Shown piece by piece: positions 19,276 through 29,822 of a DNA stretch of 64,000 bases. The notes below the pieces were generated by a model. That model saw only the letters and a program-made list of their open reading frames with translations, was not told where the DNA came from and made no database searches. Source of the DNA: Dehalococcoidia bacterium (GTDB lineage Bacteria > Chloroflexota > Dehalococcoidia > GIF9 > AB-539-J10). The stretch lies in contig PWUU01000074.1 in the NCBI GenBank assembly GCA_003562475.1, positions 4,175-68,174 on the forward strand. Reading direction: 5' to 3'. Made by a program: the position numbers and the translations under genes. How positions within the stretch are numbered: position 1 is the stretch's first letter; every line of letters starts with the position of its first letter.

Positions 19276-20691
19276 TCAGTACTCCGGAGGCTTCAAGTCA
19301 CCAGGTATCGGGCACAGGTACTCCTTGCCGCCGGTAGTCCGCTCGAACTCCTGACGCGCCGCCTCCACAAGCGCGGGACTCTGCAACAAGTCCAGTGCGG
19401 TGAGCGCCAACGATTTCGCTACGAAATGCATTCCTTTGAACCCAATCTCCGACCCGCACGATGCGACCGCCTGCCACGAGTGCAACGGGACACCAAGAGG
19501 CATACAACAGGCCGTAAGTTGACCCGTCGGCACGATCTGCGATACGTCACCAACATCCGTCGATACCGGCTGCACCGCGCCCCTGGTAAGCGTACCAACT
19601 TCGTCCAGAACTGCTCCACACAACGGGTCTCCAATCTCATCGGAAGTCATGCCATAGGCATCAAGCATGTCATTCACCGTTCCGGAGGGAACCGTATTCT
19701 TGAGCTCTTCTGCAAAGGTCAGGTCAGCGGCATCGAAATGAGGCGGACCGACTTCTCTCATGTTCTTGAGCAGCACCGCCTGTATTGACTCGTTCGGAAG
19801 GTATTCGTGGCAGGCTGCCACCATCTCGACCTCCATGGCAGTATCAGTCATGAGAGCAGCGCCACGGGCGACGTTGAGGACACGTTCGTAGATGTGTTCC
19901 ACCTGGGATCTCCTGGGAGCGCGTACATAGTACCAGCTTTGCGCACACGCGGGCACGATATTAGGAGCATCACCACCCTCCGTCACGATGCAGTGGATAC
20001 GCGCATCGGAAACGATATGTTCCCGAAGAAAGTTGGTGCCAACATCGGTGAGCACTACTGCATCAAGTGCGCTACGACCAGCCTCAGGAGCTGAGGCTGC
20101 GTGCGCCGCTCTGCCATGAAACGTCAGCTTGAATGAGTTGAGTGCCATCGAGGATGCAGCCCAAAGCGTATTCGCATACATAGGATGCCACGTCAGGACA
20201 GCATCGAGTCCCCCAAACACACCAGCGCGCGCCATGAATACCTTTCCCATGAGCGTTTCTTCAGCTGGACACCCGAAGAAGCGTACAGTGCCGACGATTC
20301 CATACTTCTCCATAACATGCTTCAGCGCAAGGGCACTCCCCAGCCCAGCGACACCGAGAAGGTTGTGTCCGCAGGCGTGGCCCGGTGTATTGGGTTCGAC
20401 CGGTTGCCTCTTCGCACTGACCTGCTGCGAAAGGCCTGGCAACGCATCATATTCTCCGAGGATCCCTATCACAGGCGTACCGCTACCCCACTCGGCAACA
20501 AATGCCACTGCAATACCAGCAACTGGCGCGGTGACGCGGAAACCTGCCTCGCGTAGCGTGCTCGACAGGAGCGTCGCCGCATATGTCTCCTTGAATCCGG
20601 TCTGTGGATGCTGCCAGATATCCTTCGCCAGTGAGACCAGCAAGGGCCGCTGCCCATCCAGATATGCGAGAATGTCGCTGCGTACTGACAT
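19276..20691 (-). CDS. M20 family amidohydrolase (AbgB-like)
   Basis: GEYDALPGL, GHACGHNLLG, GCPAEE, GRSALDA, STDVGDVS, HSWQ. Confidence 0.93.
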   Translation of the reverse strand: MSVRSDILAYLDGQRPLLVSLAKDIWQHPQTGFKETYAATLLSSTLREAGFRVTAPVAGIAVAFVAEWGSGTPVIGILGEYDALPGLSQQVSAKRQPVEPNTPGHACGHNLLGVAGLGSALALKHVMEKYGIVGTVRFFGCPAEETLMGKVFMARAGVFGGLDAVLTWHPMYANTLWAASSMALNSFKLTFHGRAAHAASAPEAGRSALDAVVLTDVGTNFLREHIVSDARIHCIVTEGGDAPNIVPACAQSWYYVRAPRRSQVEHIYERVLNVARGAALMTDTAMEVEMVAACHEYLPNESIQAVLLKNMREVGPPHFDAADLTFAEELKNTVPSGTVNDMLDAYGMTSDEIGDPLCGAVLDEVGTLTRGAVQPVSTDVGDVSQIVPTGQLTACCMPLGVPLHSWQAVASCGSEIGFKGMHFVAKSLALTALDLLQSPALVEAARQEFERTTGGKEYLCPIPGDLKPPEY

Positions 20692-21085
20692 CTACGCCTC
20701 CTTTCCACGCGACGGGAACCGGATCAACTGTCGGAATTGTATCTTACGCTGATATGTCGCTCGCAAACGTCGTAGCCTGACTGTGTCAGTCCTTGCGTCG
20801 GCATCGGGCCTGGCAGACTGAGCCTGCCAACCTCCACACAGAAAGCAAGCGGTCCTTCGTAACAGGCGCTGCGACATGCATGGTTGAACAGATGCCCTGT
20901 GACCAAGCCGGGACAGGCTGCACCATCGATCACGTCGGGAGTTGATAAGGCAAGAATGCCACGGACGGCAGGTGCCAGGTGAGCCGGCTAGCCGGACACC
21001 TGTGAGGGAAAGACGTTGACTTTGGGGGTCGTGACATAGCTACAATTGCTTGACTGGGAAGAGGGCAAGAGCAGGAGGTGGTGCT

Positions 21086-21739
21086 GTGAAGACACAGGCA
21101 GCGAAGCTGCGCCAGTTGCTGCGCAGGCCCGGTCCTGTCGTGAGCGTCGGAGTCTGGGACGCCTTCAGTGCAATCGTTGCAGAACAGGAAGGGTTCGAGA
21201 TACTGACTCTATTCGGATCGTTGACCTCGTGGTCGATGATCGGCAAGCCCGACTCTGGCAGCATCACACAGACCGAACTACTCGATACCGCACGGAGAAT
21301 AATAGGGGCGGTCTCTACGCCACTCGTTGTGGACTGTGAGGATGGCTTCGGTGATCCATTGACCGTCCGCAGAACCGTCCAGCTGGTTGAGCAAGTCGGG
21401 GCAGCGGGAATGTACATTGAGGACCTCAAGAGGCCATTGCGTTGCTCGGCGCTCGGAGGCGGCCAACTATTGAGCAGTGATGAGATGGTAGGCAAGATTC
21501 GTGCCGCAGTGGAGGCACGAGGCAACCCTGACCTGCTCATCATGGCCCGGACCGATGACTACGAGGGCGTGGATGAGCTCATAGCGAGGTCAAAGAAGTA
21601 TGCCGCAGCGGGTGCCGACATGATCCTGGCCATCGGCCTGACCTCGGAAGATGCCCTGACACGAGTCGGCAAGGAGGCCGACGTTCCTATAGCCACTGTT
21701 CAGGCAGCCGGCACGGGGAGGCCGGAGTTGCTACTCTAA
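21086..21739 (+). CDS. Isocitrate lyase/PEP mutase family protein, apparently C-terminally truncated
   Basis: GKPD.G, VDCEDGFG, YIED, ARTD; ends about 70 aa short of typical members. Confidence 0.75.
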   Translation: MKTQAAKLRQLLRRPGPVVSVGVWDAFSAIVAEQEGFEILTLFGSLTSWSMIGKPDSGSITQTELLDTARRIIGAVSTPLVVDCEDGFGDPLTVRRTVQLVEQVGAAGMYIEDLKRPLRCSALGGGQLLSSDEMVGKIRAAVEARGNPDLLIMARTDDYEGVDELIARSKKYAAAGADMILAIGLTSEDALTRVGKEADVPIATVQAAGTGRPELLL

Positions 21740-21785
21740 TCGATACCACACGAGCAGGGTTAGGCCGACTGACGGAACAAGGAAG

Positions 21786-22283
21786 ATGTCGCTACTTCTG
21801 CGTCTTGCAGACGCACTCAACAGGGACGATAGACAAGCCCTCGGACTGAACCTGGGGCTATCGATGGGGCTCGGATTGTTGGCCAACGGCATGACCCTCT
21901 GGCTTGGTCGAGACACACCGGCCGATGCTGTACCCTGGTTTGCCCCGCCAGGATGGGTCGCAGCACTTGTATGGATAGCCCTGTTTGCGTTGCTGGGAGC
22001 CGCACGTTGGCAGCTGAACTCCTACACCATAATCGGCGTGACTCTGGCGCGAACCATGGTGACTCTGCTGATCGTCGTCTGCCTCTTCTGGCCGATCTAT
22101 TCACTGTCTGCCGTCGACCTCACCATCAGACTTGTGGGGAATGTCGGCACTGTCCTCATCGCCATTGCCTCTATCGTGATCGTCCGTCAACGTTCTATCG
22201 AAGCCGCATCCCTGATCACGCCACTGGTCGTCTGGCTTGCGTTCACCACACTGGTGGTAATCGCCACCATGATGCAACTATGA
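21786..22283 (+). CDS. TspO/MBR family membrane protein
   Basis: PWFAPPGW...VW, AASLITPLVVWLAF. Confidence 0.8.
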   Translation: MSLLLRLADALNRDDRQALGLNLGLSMGLGLLANGMTLWLGRDTPADAVPWFAPPGWVAALVWIALFALLGAARWQLNSYTIIGVTLARTMVTLLIVVCLFWPIYSLSAVDLTIRLVGNVGTVLIAIASIVIVRQRSIEAASLITPLVVWLAFTTLVVIATMMQL

Positions 22284-22299
22284 TTCCTGCCCGGCCGGA

Positions 22300-22328
22300 T
22301 TGACGCAGTGAGAGACCTGGCCGATAAT
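22300..22328 (+). promoter_or_regulatory. Putative promoter of ilvD
   Basis: TTGACG-N17-GATAAT. Confidence 0.5.
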
Positions 22329-22378
22329 GCACAGATTGCAGCTACCTCTCCCTGAGAGACTTTCAAGGAGGATTACCC

Positions 22379-24052
22379 ATGAAGAGCGACTCGGTAAGAA
22401 AAGGCGTCGAGCGTGCACCGCACCGCTCGCTGTTGTATGCACTCGGCCACCCGAAGGAAGACTTCGACAAACCATTTGTTGGTGTCGTCAACAGCTACAC
22501 CACAGTCATTCCCGGGCACATGCACCTGCAATCCGTTTCCAATGCCGTCAGGGAAGGTATTCGCGCAGCTGGCGGTGTCCCGTTTGAGTTCAACACAATT
22601 GGCGTATGCGATGGCATCGCCATGAACCACCCTGGCATGAAGTTCAGCCTGCCGAGCAGGGAACTCATTGCAGACGCCGTCGAGATCATGGCCGAGGCCC
22701 ATGGCTTCGACGCGCTCGTGTTCATCCCCAACTGCGACAAGATCGTACCCGGCATGCTCATGGCCGCCGCACGGCTCAACCTGCCCTGCATCTTCGTCTC
22801 CGGCGGCCCCATGCTGCCTGGTCGCATCATGGGAGAGGATGGCCCGATAGACATCGACCTCATTCACTGCTTCGAAGCTGTGGGCAAGGTACTGACTCGC
22901 CGGATGACCGAGAAGCAACTCGACGAGCTCGAACAGCGAGCCTGCCCCGGGTGCGGCTCCTGTTCCCCCATCGCCACCGCGAACACGATGAACTGCCTCA
23001 CCGAAGTCCTCGGCCTCGGGCTACCGGGAAACGGGACTATACCCGCTCCGGAAGGAAGGCGACTCCAACTCGCATTCCTCGCAGGAAAGCAGGTGATGGA
23101 CGTTTACCAGAAAGGGCTGAAGCCGAGCGACATACTTACACCCGACGCATTTCATAATGCATTTGCGGTGGACATGGCTCTGGGCGGCAGTACGAACACC
23201 ATCCTCCACGTACCCGCCATCGCGCATGCCACCGGAGTCGATTTCCCGCTGAAGCGCATCAATGAGATTAGCGACTCCGTCCCGCACCTCTGCAATCTGC
23301 GTCCTTATGGGAAGTTCGGACTTGCCGACCTGGATATCGCCGGCGGCATCCCTGCAGTGATGAAGGAGATTTCCAAGAGGCTCAGGCCGGGCGCCATGAC
23401 GGTACTTGGCAAGACCATCGGCGATGTCTATCGCGACGCGGAGGTACGCGACCGCCGTGTCATTCGCCCGTTCAAGGAACCACTGCATAAGACTGGCGGC
23501 GTCGCAATGCTATTCGGCAACCTGGCCCCGGACGGCGCCGTGGTGAAGACTGCCGGAGTCGCGGACGATATGATGATCCATGAGGGCCCTGCTCGCTGCT
23601 TCAACAGCGAGGAAGAGGCTACCAGAGCCATATCGTCACGCATCTTCCAGCCCGGCGACGTCATCGTCATACGCTACGAAGGGCCGAAGGGCGGTCCGGG
23701 CATGCGCGAGATGCTGACTCCGACATCGATGCTTTCCGGTATGGGTGCGGATACGAACGTTGCGCTCATCACCGACGGCCGATTCTCAGGCGGCTCGCGC
23801 GGCGCCGCCATCGGACACGTCTCCCCGGAAGCTGCCGCCAGGGGACCCATTGCAGCTGTTCGTGACGGCGATATTATTCGCATCGATGTCAACAACAGGC
23901 GACTCGAGATAAAGGTGGACGAAAGGGAGATAGCGGAGCGCCTCGAGTCTCTGCCCCCGTTCACCCCCAAGGTGAAGAAGGGGTTCCTCGCAAGATATAG
24001 CAGACTCGTCAGCTCTGCGAATACGGGCGCCGTGTTCGAGGACGTTGTCTAA
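22379..24052 (+). CDS. ilvD: Dihydroxy-acid dehydratase
   Basis: [62 protein letters not shown]. Confidence 0.92.
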   Translation: MKSDSVRKGVERAPHRSLLYALGHPKEDFDKPFVGVVNSYTTVIPGHMHLQSVSNAVREGIRAAGGVPFEFNTIGVCDGIAMNHPGMKFSLPSRELIADAVEIMAEAHGFDALVFIPNCDKIVPGMLMAAARLNLPCIFVSGGPMLPGRIMGEDGPIDIDLIHCFEAVGKVLTRRMTEKQLDELEQRACPGCGSCSPIATANTMNCLTEVLGLGLPGNGTIPAPEGRRLQLAFLAGKQVMDVYQKGLKPSDILTPDAFHNAFAVDMALGGSTNTILHVPAIAHATGVDFPLKRINEISDSVPHLCNLRPYGKFGLADLDIAGGIPAVMKEISKRLRPGAMTVLGKTIGDVYRDAEVRDRRVIRPFKEPLHKTGGVAMLFGNLAPDGAVVKTAGVADDMMIHEGPARCFNSEEEATRAISSRIFQPGDVIVIRYEGPKGGPGMREMLTPTSMLSGMGADTNVALITDGRFSGGSRGAAIGHVSPEAAARGPIAAVRDGDIIRIDVNNRRLEIKVDEREIAERLESLPPFTPKVKKGFLARYSRLVSSANTGAVFEDVV

Positions 24053-24552
24053 TCTCGCAGGGAAGATTGCGCACGGAAAGCGCCGGGTACCACCTGCCCA
24101 ATCCTGGCGGCCTCAGAGTTGGCCCCAGGTCTTCTACCTGGTCGCCGTACTCATCCATCGCGTGACAAGAACCTTGAGCAGTTTACTCCTTCTCACTATT
24201 TGCTCTTTACTGTTCGGTCCCCCACTTCATCTCTACAACCCACCTGTCGAATCAGGCACACACCCCTGTGTCCAATCATCTCTCCGTTCTCTCACCTCCT
24301 GCAGCAACGCTTCGGGGGCTCGACATTGCCGGTCTTCTTCAAGACAACTCGTGTCAGTGCCACACGAGCACACACGACCGCACATGCCCGGGGCGGCAGG
24401 ATCCGGAAACGATGAGCGGGGACTGGCGATGCTCCAGCTATCGGGGGGTCTTAACCGGCGGATCGCTGTCGATCCCTACTGAGAGCGCGAGGCATCTAAG
24501 CTCCGCTTGCAGGCGCTGCCACTACCATGCGGGCAGCAGCCTGCCAAACCAA

Positions 24553-25164
24553 TCAGCGACGGGTCAAACGTCTGAACGTGGCCCGCGAGAGACGGTGGCC
24601 TTCACCGCGACGCCCCGCTGCCAGCGCTTGAGGAGAATCGGACAGCATCTCAGGTCGCGATTCCCTGTACGCCTCGAACACCTCTGCACCCTCACACCCG
24701 CGTGAGAGCGCGGCGGCTATGTCCTTTGCCAGCCTGGTCTTGAACATACGGCCCGTCGATGAGGTGAAATACGCAAATCGCACATCGTCAGGTACACAAC
24801 CCCACACCTCAAGCCTCTTCAGCAACTGCTCCACGGGAACCGTCTTGACTACAGGGCGCTGAAGCCCAAGCTCAATGGGAAACTCACTCATCTGTGAGCG
24901 CGGAAGCACCACGCGATGGCCCGTGCTGAGAATCAGACCACAACTTACCAGGGTCACCGGTTGCCCATGCACGTTTGCTGCCTCCAGCACCAGTTGGGCA
25001 TCATGAGACTCGGCATCGTCTCCAATTGACAGCCCAACGCCAACTGTCACCTTCACGAGCGGACGCTCCCAGTACCGCCTTATCAACTCTATGCCAAGCA
25101 CCACGATCCCGGCCGCCACGCCACCACCAAAAGCCGCAAGGAAGATCCCTTGATCCAGCTGCAT
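24553..25164 (-). CDS. Hypothetical protein with N-terminal membrane anchor
   Basis: RBS GGAGG; N-terminal hydrophobic helix followed by a beta-rich domain. Confidence 0.7.
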   Translation of the reverse strand: MQLDQGIFLAAFGGGVAAGIVVLGIELIRRYWERPLVKVTVGVGLSIGDDAESHDAQLVLEAANVHGQPVTLVSCGLILSTGHRVVLPRSQMSEFPIELGLQRPVVKTVPVEQLLKRLEVWGCVPDDVRFAYFTSSTGRMFKTRLAKDIAAALSRGCEGAEVFEAYRESRPEMLSDSPQALAAGRRGEGHRLSRATFRRLTRR

Positions 25165-25537
25165 GATTCCTCCGTCATGAACTCACATGCGACGTATTCC
25201 CCGCGCCAAGGATACACTCAATGCACGTCTCTGGTCTACAGTCTGTCCTCGCCAACAGCCTCAAGGATCAGAGAACTGAATCATCGGACCTGTCAGGTCA
25301 CGAGTGGTGTCGTCTCGGAAGTACACGATATGACTCTTCACCGTCTATACCTCTCCGAGCTTCCTTAGACCATCGTAGACCATATTTGCCGCAGCTCACG
25401 TGGATCACGGAACGGGAACCCATGCCCTCTAGTTGTCGCCCGAAACCGTACCGTTCCTACGGAATCGGTAACCCGCACTTATCACGTAGCGATTTCGTCA
25501 CGCACTATGTTCTAAGCACAATTGGCACTCCTGTGCG

Positions 25538-25930
25538 ATGCGTTCCCTCCCAGCGCACACATACAGTGAGCGCCGTCGTGAAAAGCTCCGGGCGATGCTG
25601 ATGGCGGCCGGTATGCTCGCCATCGCCGTATTCACAGGTACGATCTCGAACGATGCCATCATCACCATCCCTCAAGATGATTGGACTTCTCCGTCCACAC
25701 AGGTGGTCGAAACACCTTTCACTGAAAAGGCGGGTGCCCTGGAGGTCATCTCCGCCGCAGCAACCAGCGTCTCTCAGTTGCATCAGGATACGTACACCAA
25801 TCGATGGGGAATCGACCGAATGGGAGTGCCCGCCGCATGGGATGCCACTCATTTCTCACCAGTACTGGTCGCAGCGCTCGACACGGGCATCGTCCTGGAC
25901 GCACAGTTTGCCGACAGGCAGGGCCGTTTC
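25538..25930 (+). pseudogene. 5' fragment of a secreted subtilisin-like (S8) serine protease
   Basis: Signal peptide, then RWGIDRMGVPAAWD...VLVAALDTGI (catalytic Asp motif). The His (HGT) and Ser (GTSMA) motifs are absent and similarity ends near 25930. Confidence 0.7.
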
Positions 25931-25961
25931 GACACACCCACAGTAGCGCAGGCCGCCCGCA

Positions 25962-26201
25962 TTACACTTTCAACCGGGCCCAGGTCACCAATAGCTCATC
26001 GGGAATCGATTCTTCCTCCGTCATCGCGTCAAGGGTCACCTCAAGCGCTTCCAGAGTCGCTTCCACATCCGCCTTCGAGTGAGCTGACGAGAAGACGAAC
26101 ATGCCACCACGGAGCGTCGCGACCCCTCGTTGGAGCAGATGCAGATTCATTCGCTCCCTGCACACGGCGCACACAATGTACGGGCGCATTCCGGTGGACA
26201 A
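25962..26201 (-). pseudogene. C-terminal fragment of a class-III aminotransferase (GSA aminomutase-like)
   Basis: LHLLQRGV...MFVFSSAHSKADVEATLEAL matches the family C-terminus; PLP domain missing. Confidence 0.6.
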
Positions 26202-26369
26202 AGCTGTTCATAACTTCACCATTTGGTTCGAGACGTCATGAACGCTGAAGTCGATAGTATGGTTGAAAGGACCGCAGCACAACTGGCGTTTTGACGGACC
26301 TCCGTGAACGCGGTATTGTTCGGGATGATTGCGGGCGTCTGACACACCAGTCACACGGAAAATGACCGA

Positions 26370-27407
26370 ATGGAAATAGTGTTTGAGGTGGCCAGGCACT
26401 TCTGGCACTACGTCCAGGAAGTGTTTCCCTACCTGGCACTGGGATTCTTCCTCAGCGGTCTCATTCAGGTATTCGCCCCTTCCGACTGGATCACGAGACA
26501 TCTGGGGGACGCCGGCCTGCGCCCATTGCTCTATGCCACTCTGGCTGGTACTGCGCTGCCGATCTGCTGTGTCGGCTCCCTGCCGGTAGCCATCAGCCTG
26601 CACGACAAAGGTGCCCGACTGGGCCCGGTTCTCTCCTTTCTTGTGGCAACGCCCGCTACCTCGGTCCCAGCACTTCTTGTCAGCTATGGACTTCTTGGTC
26701 TCCGGTTCACCGTCTACATCTTCATTGCCGTCATTGTCCTGGGCCTCGTCATAGGACTCGCTGGCAACCGGCTCCGATTCACACCTCCCCCACGGGGTTC
26801 ATCCGGCACGAGCGTCACAGATCCGGTGTGCGGCATGCAGGTGGACACATCCAAGCCCGATGTTGTCACTACCAGGCACGAGGGGACCCGGTACTACTTC
26901 TGCTGCGATCTTTGCCGAACCAGGTTCATAAGGCTGCCGGCTGCCGACCCCGCCGCGTGTACAGGTGAATCATGCGCATGCAAGCCGCAGACCGGCAACC
27001 GCATGACACAGGCACTTCGCTACTCGTTTATCACAATGCCTCGCAACATTGGCCCGGAGATACTCCTCGGCCTTGCACTTGCGGCAGTTGTAGCAGCCGT
27101 GACCCCCATTGGACGTTTCGTGGGAGAGTATCTCGAGGGCGGAGTCGCGTATGCGGTGGCGCTGCCGGTCGGCATAGTCATGTACACATGTTCGACCGCC
27201 AGTGTTCCCCTTGTGCACGCGCTGGCAACACAGGGGATGAACATCGGTGCAGGCATGCTCCTGCTCATTGTCGGACCGGTGACGAGCTGGAGTACCATTC
27301 TTGTCCTTCGTAAGGAGTTTGGAGTTCGGACACTAGTGTTCTATCTCGCAGTCATTAGCGTGCTATCTCTCGCTGCTGGAATTCTTTATTCTATTGCGTT
27401 GGCGTAA
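26370..27407 (+). CDS. DUF318/ArsP-type permease with an internal YHS/TRASH metal-binding domain
   Basis: LPICCVGSLP, FLVATPATS, YTCSTASVP; insert TDPVCGMQVD...YYFCCDLC. Confidence 0.88.
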   Translation: MEIVFEVARHFWHYVQEVFPYLALGFFLSGLIQVFAPSDWITRHLGDAGLRPLLYATLAGTALPICCVGSLPVAISLHDKGARLGPVLSFLVATPATSVPALLVSYGLLGLRFTVYIFIAVIVLGLVIGLAGNRLRFTPPPRGSSGTSVTDPVCGMQVDTSKPDVVTTRHEGTRYYFCCDLCRTRFIRLPAADPAACTGESCACKPQTGNRMTQALRYSFITMPRNIGPEILLGLALAAVVAAVTPIGRFVGEYLEGGVAYAVALPVGIVMYTCSTASVPLVHALATQGMNIGAGMLLLIVGPVTSWSTILVLRKEFGVRTLVFYLAVISVLSLAAGILYSIALA

Positions 27408-27456
27408 GAATGCTCACCACATTGCACAGAACAGGTGTTCTCGCTAGTATCGATAC

Positions 27457-28317
27457 ATGCGGACGCACAGGCTAATAGTCTTCTTTCTCTTAACATTTGT
27501 CCTTTCGTGGGGAGTTCCCGGCATGCTCCTGTTGCTAGCCTGGGCCACTGGCGCATTCGATGTCTCTCTCGACAGGTACTCACCACTTCACTTCCTGTTC
27601 TTCTGGGCTCCAACGCTGTCGGCATTGACTGTTGTGGCACTAACGCAGGGACACAGGGGACTGAAAGCCTATCTGCAACGCATGCTACAGGTACGATTCA
27701 AGTGGCGCTGGTGGACTGCCGTCGTAGTTGGCGTTCCGTTGCTCAAGCTACTTGCGTGGGGACTGGCAGATGACCCGAGTCCCCCTGAAATCCTGAACAC
27801 CGCGCTCCCCGCGGGAGCAATGCTGGTAGCCGCCGTCATGGCTGCAACCACCGGGCCCCTTGGCGAACTTGGATGGCGAGGCTTCGCGCTGCCCCTGCTC
27901 CAGCGCCGCGTCAACGGTCTGCTGGCCGCCATTATCATTGGAGCCGTCTGGTCCCTCTGGTACCTGCCATGGCTCCTACCCGGCACCGTAATGGACTGGT
28001 CACCGGGTGGTGACAGCATTCCTGCGATCGTCAGATTCTTCGCCGGTGGCATCGCTCTCAGCATCACGGCAACCGTCATCTTCAATGGCTCAGGCGGAAG
28101 TATTCCGCTTGCAATCCTGTTTCACTGGCTCAACGGCTATCCTCATATGTGGGAACTGGAAGCCCACGTCGCATACGTGGATACCGTTATCACCCTCACT
28201 ACCGCAGTCATCCTGATCTTCATCCTGCGCCGCCGCTATCTGTCGCGCAGCAACCTGTCCACGGACGTCACGCCGGGACTACCGGAGCCCGGCCGACAGC
28301 AGCCACAAGCCCCGTAA
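27457..28317 (+). CDS. CPBP (CAAX/Abi) family intramembrane protease-like protein with degenerate active site
   Basis: GPLGELGWRGFALP.LQ, WSLWYLP, SIPLAILFH. Confidence 0.85.
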   Translation: MRTHRLIVFFLLTFVLSWGVPGMLLLLAWATGAFDVSLDRYSPLHFLFFWAPTLSALTVVALTQGHRGLKAYLQRMLQVRFKWRWWTAVVVGVPLLKLLAWGLADDPSPPEILNTALPAGAMLVAAVMAATTGPLGELGWRGFALPLLQRRVNGLLAAIIIGAVWSLWYLPWLLPGTVMDWSPGGDSIPAIVRFFAGGIALSITATVIFNGSGGSIPLAILFHWLNGYPHMWELEAHVAYVDTVITLTTAVILIFILRRRYLSRSNLSTDVTPGLPEPGRQQPQAP

Positions 28318-28601
28318 CCGGGCCTGACTCTTGTTGCGTCCGGGATAAGTGTCCACGACAACGCACAGACTCCGGCCGCAAGCAGAATTCCGCACTCCTC
28401 TTACTGGCTTCCCCCTGTGCATAGCGCTCCTCTCGACCGAAGCAGGCAACAGACTGGCATCAAGAGTAAGGAAGCGGATCAGGCACGTTCATCACTTCTG
28501 TTCAAACGTGGGCCCACCCTCCTTTGCCGACGTGGTTGTAGGGACGGTTTCACAGTGGTACAGTGACAGAGTCCAACCAGGGTATAATAGAGGAGGGTTT
28601 C

Positions 28602-28976
28602 ATGATACGAGAGGCAGTCTTTGTGCCAGGTGTGCCAAGGCCCACAGCCCCTTATTCGCCTGCCATCAAGGCGGCTGGCTTTGTCTTCGTCTCCGGCCAG
28701 TTACCCATCGACCCATCGGGCACCATGCCGGATGGAATGAGCGCTCAAACCAGACAATGCCTTGACAACGCGAAGGCAATTCTGGCGGCATCAGGTGTCG
28801 GCCTCGACAGCGTCGTCAAGTGTACCGTCTTCATCACCAACATGGACGAATTTGGCCTCATGAACGAGGCATATGGCCAGTACTTCCCGGAGCTGCCACC
28901 CGCACGCTCAACAGTTGAGGTTTCACGACTGGCGAAAGGTGCGCTCGTAGAGATAGACGCAATCGCGCTCGCCTAG
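28602..28976 (+). CDS. RidA/YjgF family enamine deaminase
   Basis: PYSPAI, FVSGQLP, VVKCTVF, PARSTVEV..L...LVEID; TATAAT and GGAGG upstream. Confidence 0.93.
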   Translation: MIREAVFVPGVPRPTAPYSPAIKAAGFVFVSGQLPIDPSGTMPDGMSAQTRQCLDNAKAILAASGVGLDSVVKCTVFITNMDEFGLMNEAYGQYFPELPPARSTVEVSRLAKGALVEIDAIALA

Positions 28977-28988
28977 TCATCGGCACCG

Positions 28989-29342
28989 CTAGCGCTTGAG
29001 TGTGCCTCCAACTGCCACGCCAATACCGATGCCGAGAGGCACCGCGACCTCCTCGAGTACCTTGGTGATTGCTGCCTTGAGCGACTTCTTCTGCTGGCTC
29101 GAAATCTGGTAGCGCGTTTTCACGAGGCGTGCGATTGTGTTCGCCAGATCAAGCTGAAGATCGATACGTTCAGGCGATTCAGCCATCATCTCCCGCAAAC
29201 GCACACGAAGCAGCGCTATCTCGTCGTCAACACCCTCGATACGACACGCAACATCCATTTCAAGCCGCTCAGCTTCGGAGAGCGCAACGGCATAGAACCC
29301 TGTCTCTCGTGTCTGCGTCTTCCGGGTTCGCCTCTTATCCAT
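28989..29342 (-). CDS. Hypothetical protein resembling a phage terminase small-subunit-like family
   Basis: GFYAVALSEAE...IEGVDDEIALLRVRLR motif recalled from Dehalococcoidia proteins; GGAGG upstream. Confidence 0.7.
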   Translation of the reverse strand: MDKRRTRKTQTRETGFYAVALSEAERLEMDVACRIEGVDDEIALLRVRLREMMAESPERIDLQLDLANTIARLVKTRYQISSQQKKSLKAAITKVLEEVAVPLGIGIGVAVGGTLKR

Positions 29343-29538
29343 TGCGCCGCTTCTTCACCTCTGGAGACTCATTAAGAGCCCGTTCTACTTTCGTTCGTAA
29401 GGAGGGTAACAGAGTTGCCCCAGCCTGCCGATGCGCGAGATATGCGTACATCGTTCCACAAATAAGGCGATACGCCGCCAGTTCATATTCACCTGCCACT
29501 ATGAGTTCCTTCAGCGACCGCACCATGTGATGATTCAT
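29335..29538 (-). CDS. Small hypothetical protein
   Basis: Overlaps the downstream ORF by 8 nt; AT-rich promoter-like TGTATACT upstream. Confidence 0.55.
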   Translation of the reverse strand: MNHHMVRSLKELIVAGEYELAAYRLICGTMYAYLAHRQAGATLLPSLRTKVERALNESPEVKKRRNG

Positions 29539-29822
29539 GTGATTAGGTTAAGAATATACTTCCAACTCTCATGCCCACTACTATTAGTATACACCACATC
29601 GGGGGCTTGCCGGAAGCTCGGGCATGGGCTTGAGCTGGCTGTGACAGCAACAGTGCCTGGAGCCAGGCGTGTGCTGCCGCAATGGAATAGCGCCACGATC
29701 CCCACTCACGTGCACGTCGACGATACTGCCTCTCTGTCATGCGATTCTCGATTACACACGGGACGAAACGTCGCCATAATGCTACTATTGGGACGGGCAG
29801 AGGAGGATTGGCGACAGTATCG

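Noticed and set aside
25538-26248. Intact 236-aa protein as in the ORF track
   Set aside because: Only the first ~125 aa are protease-like; the rest is readthrough antisense to another fragment.
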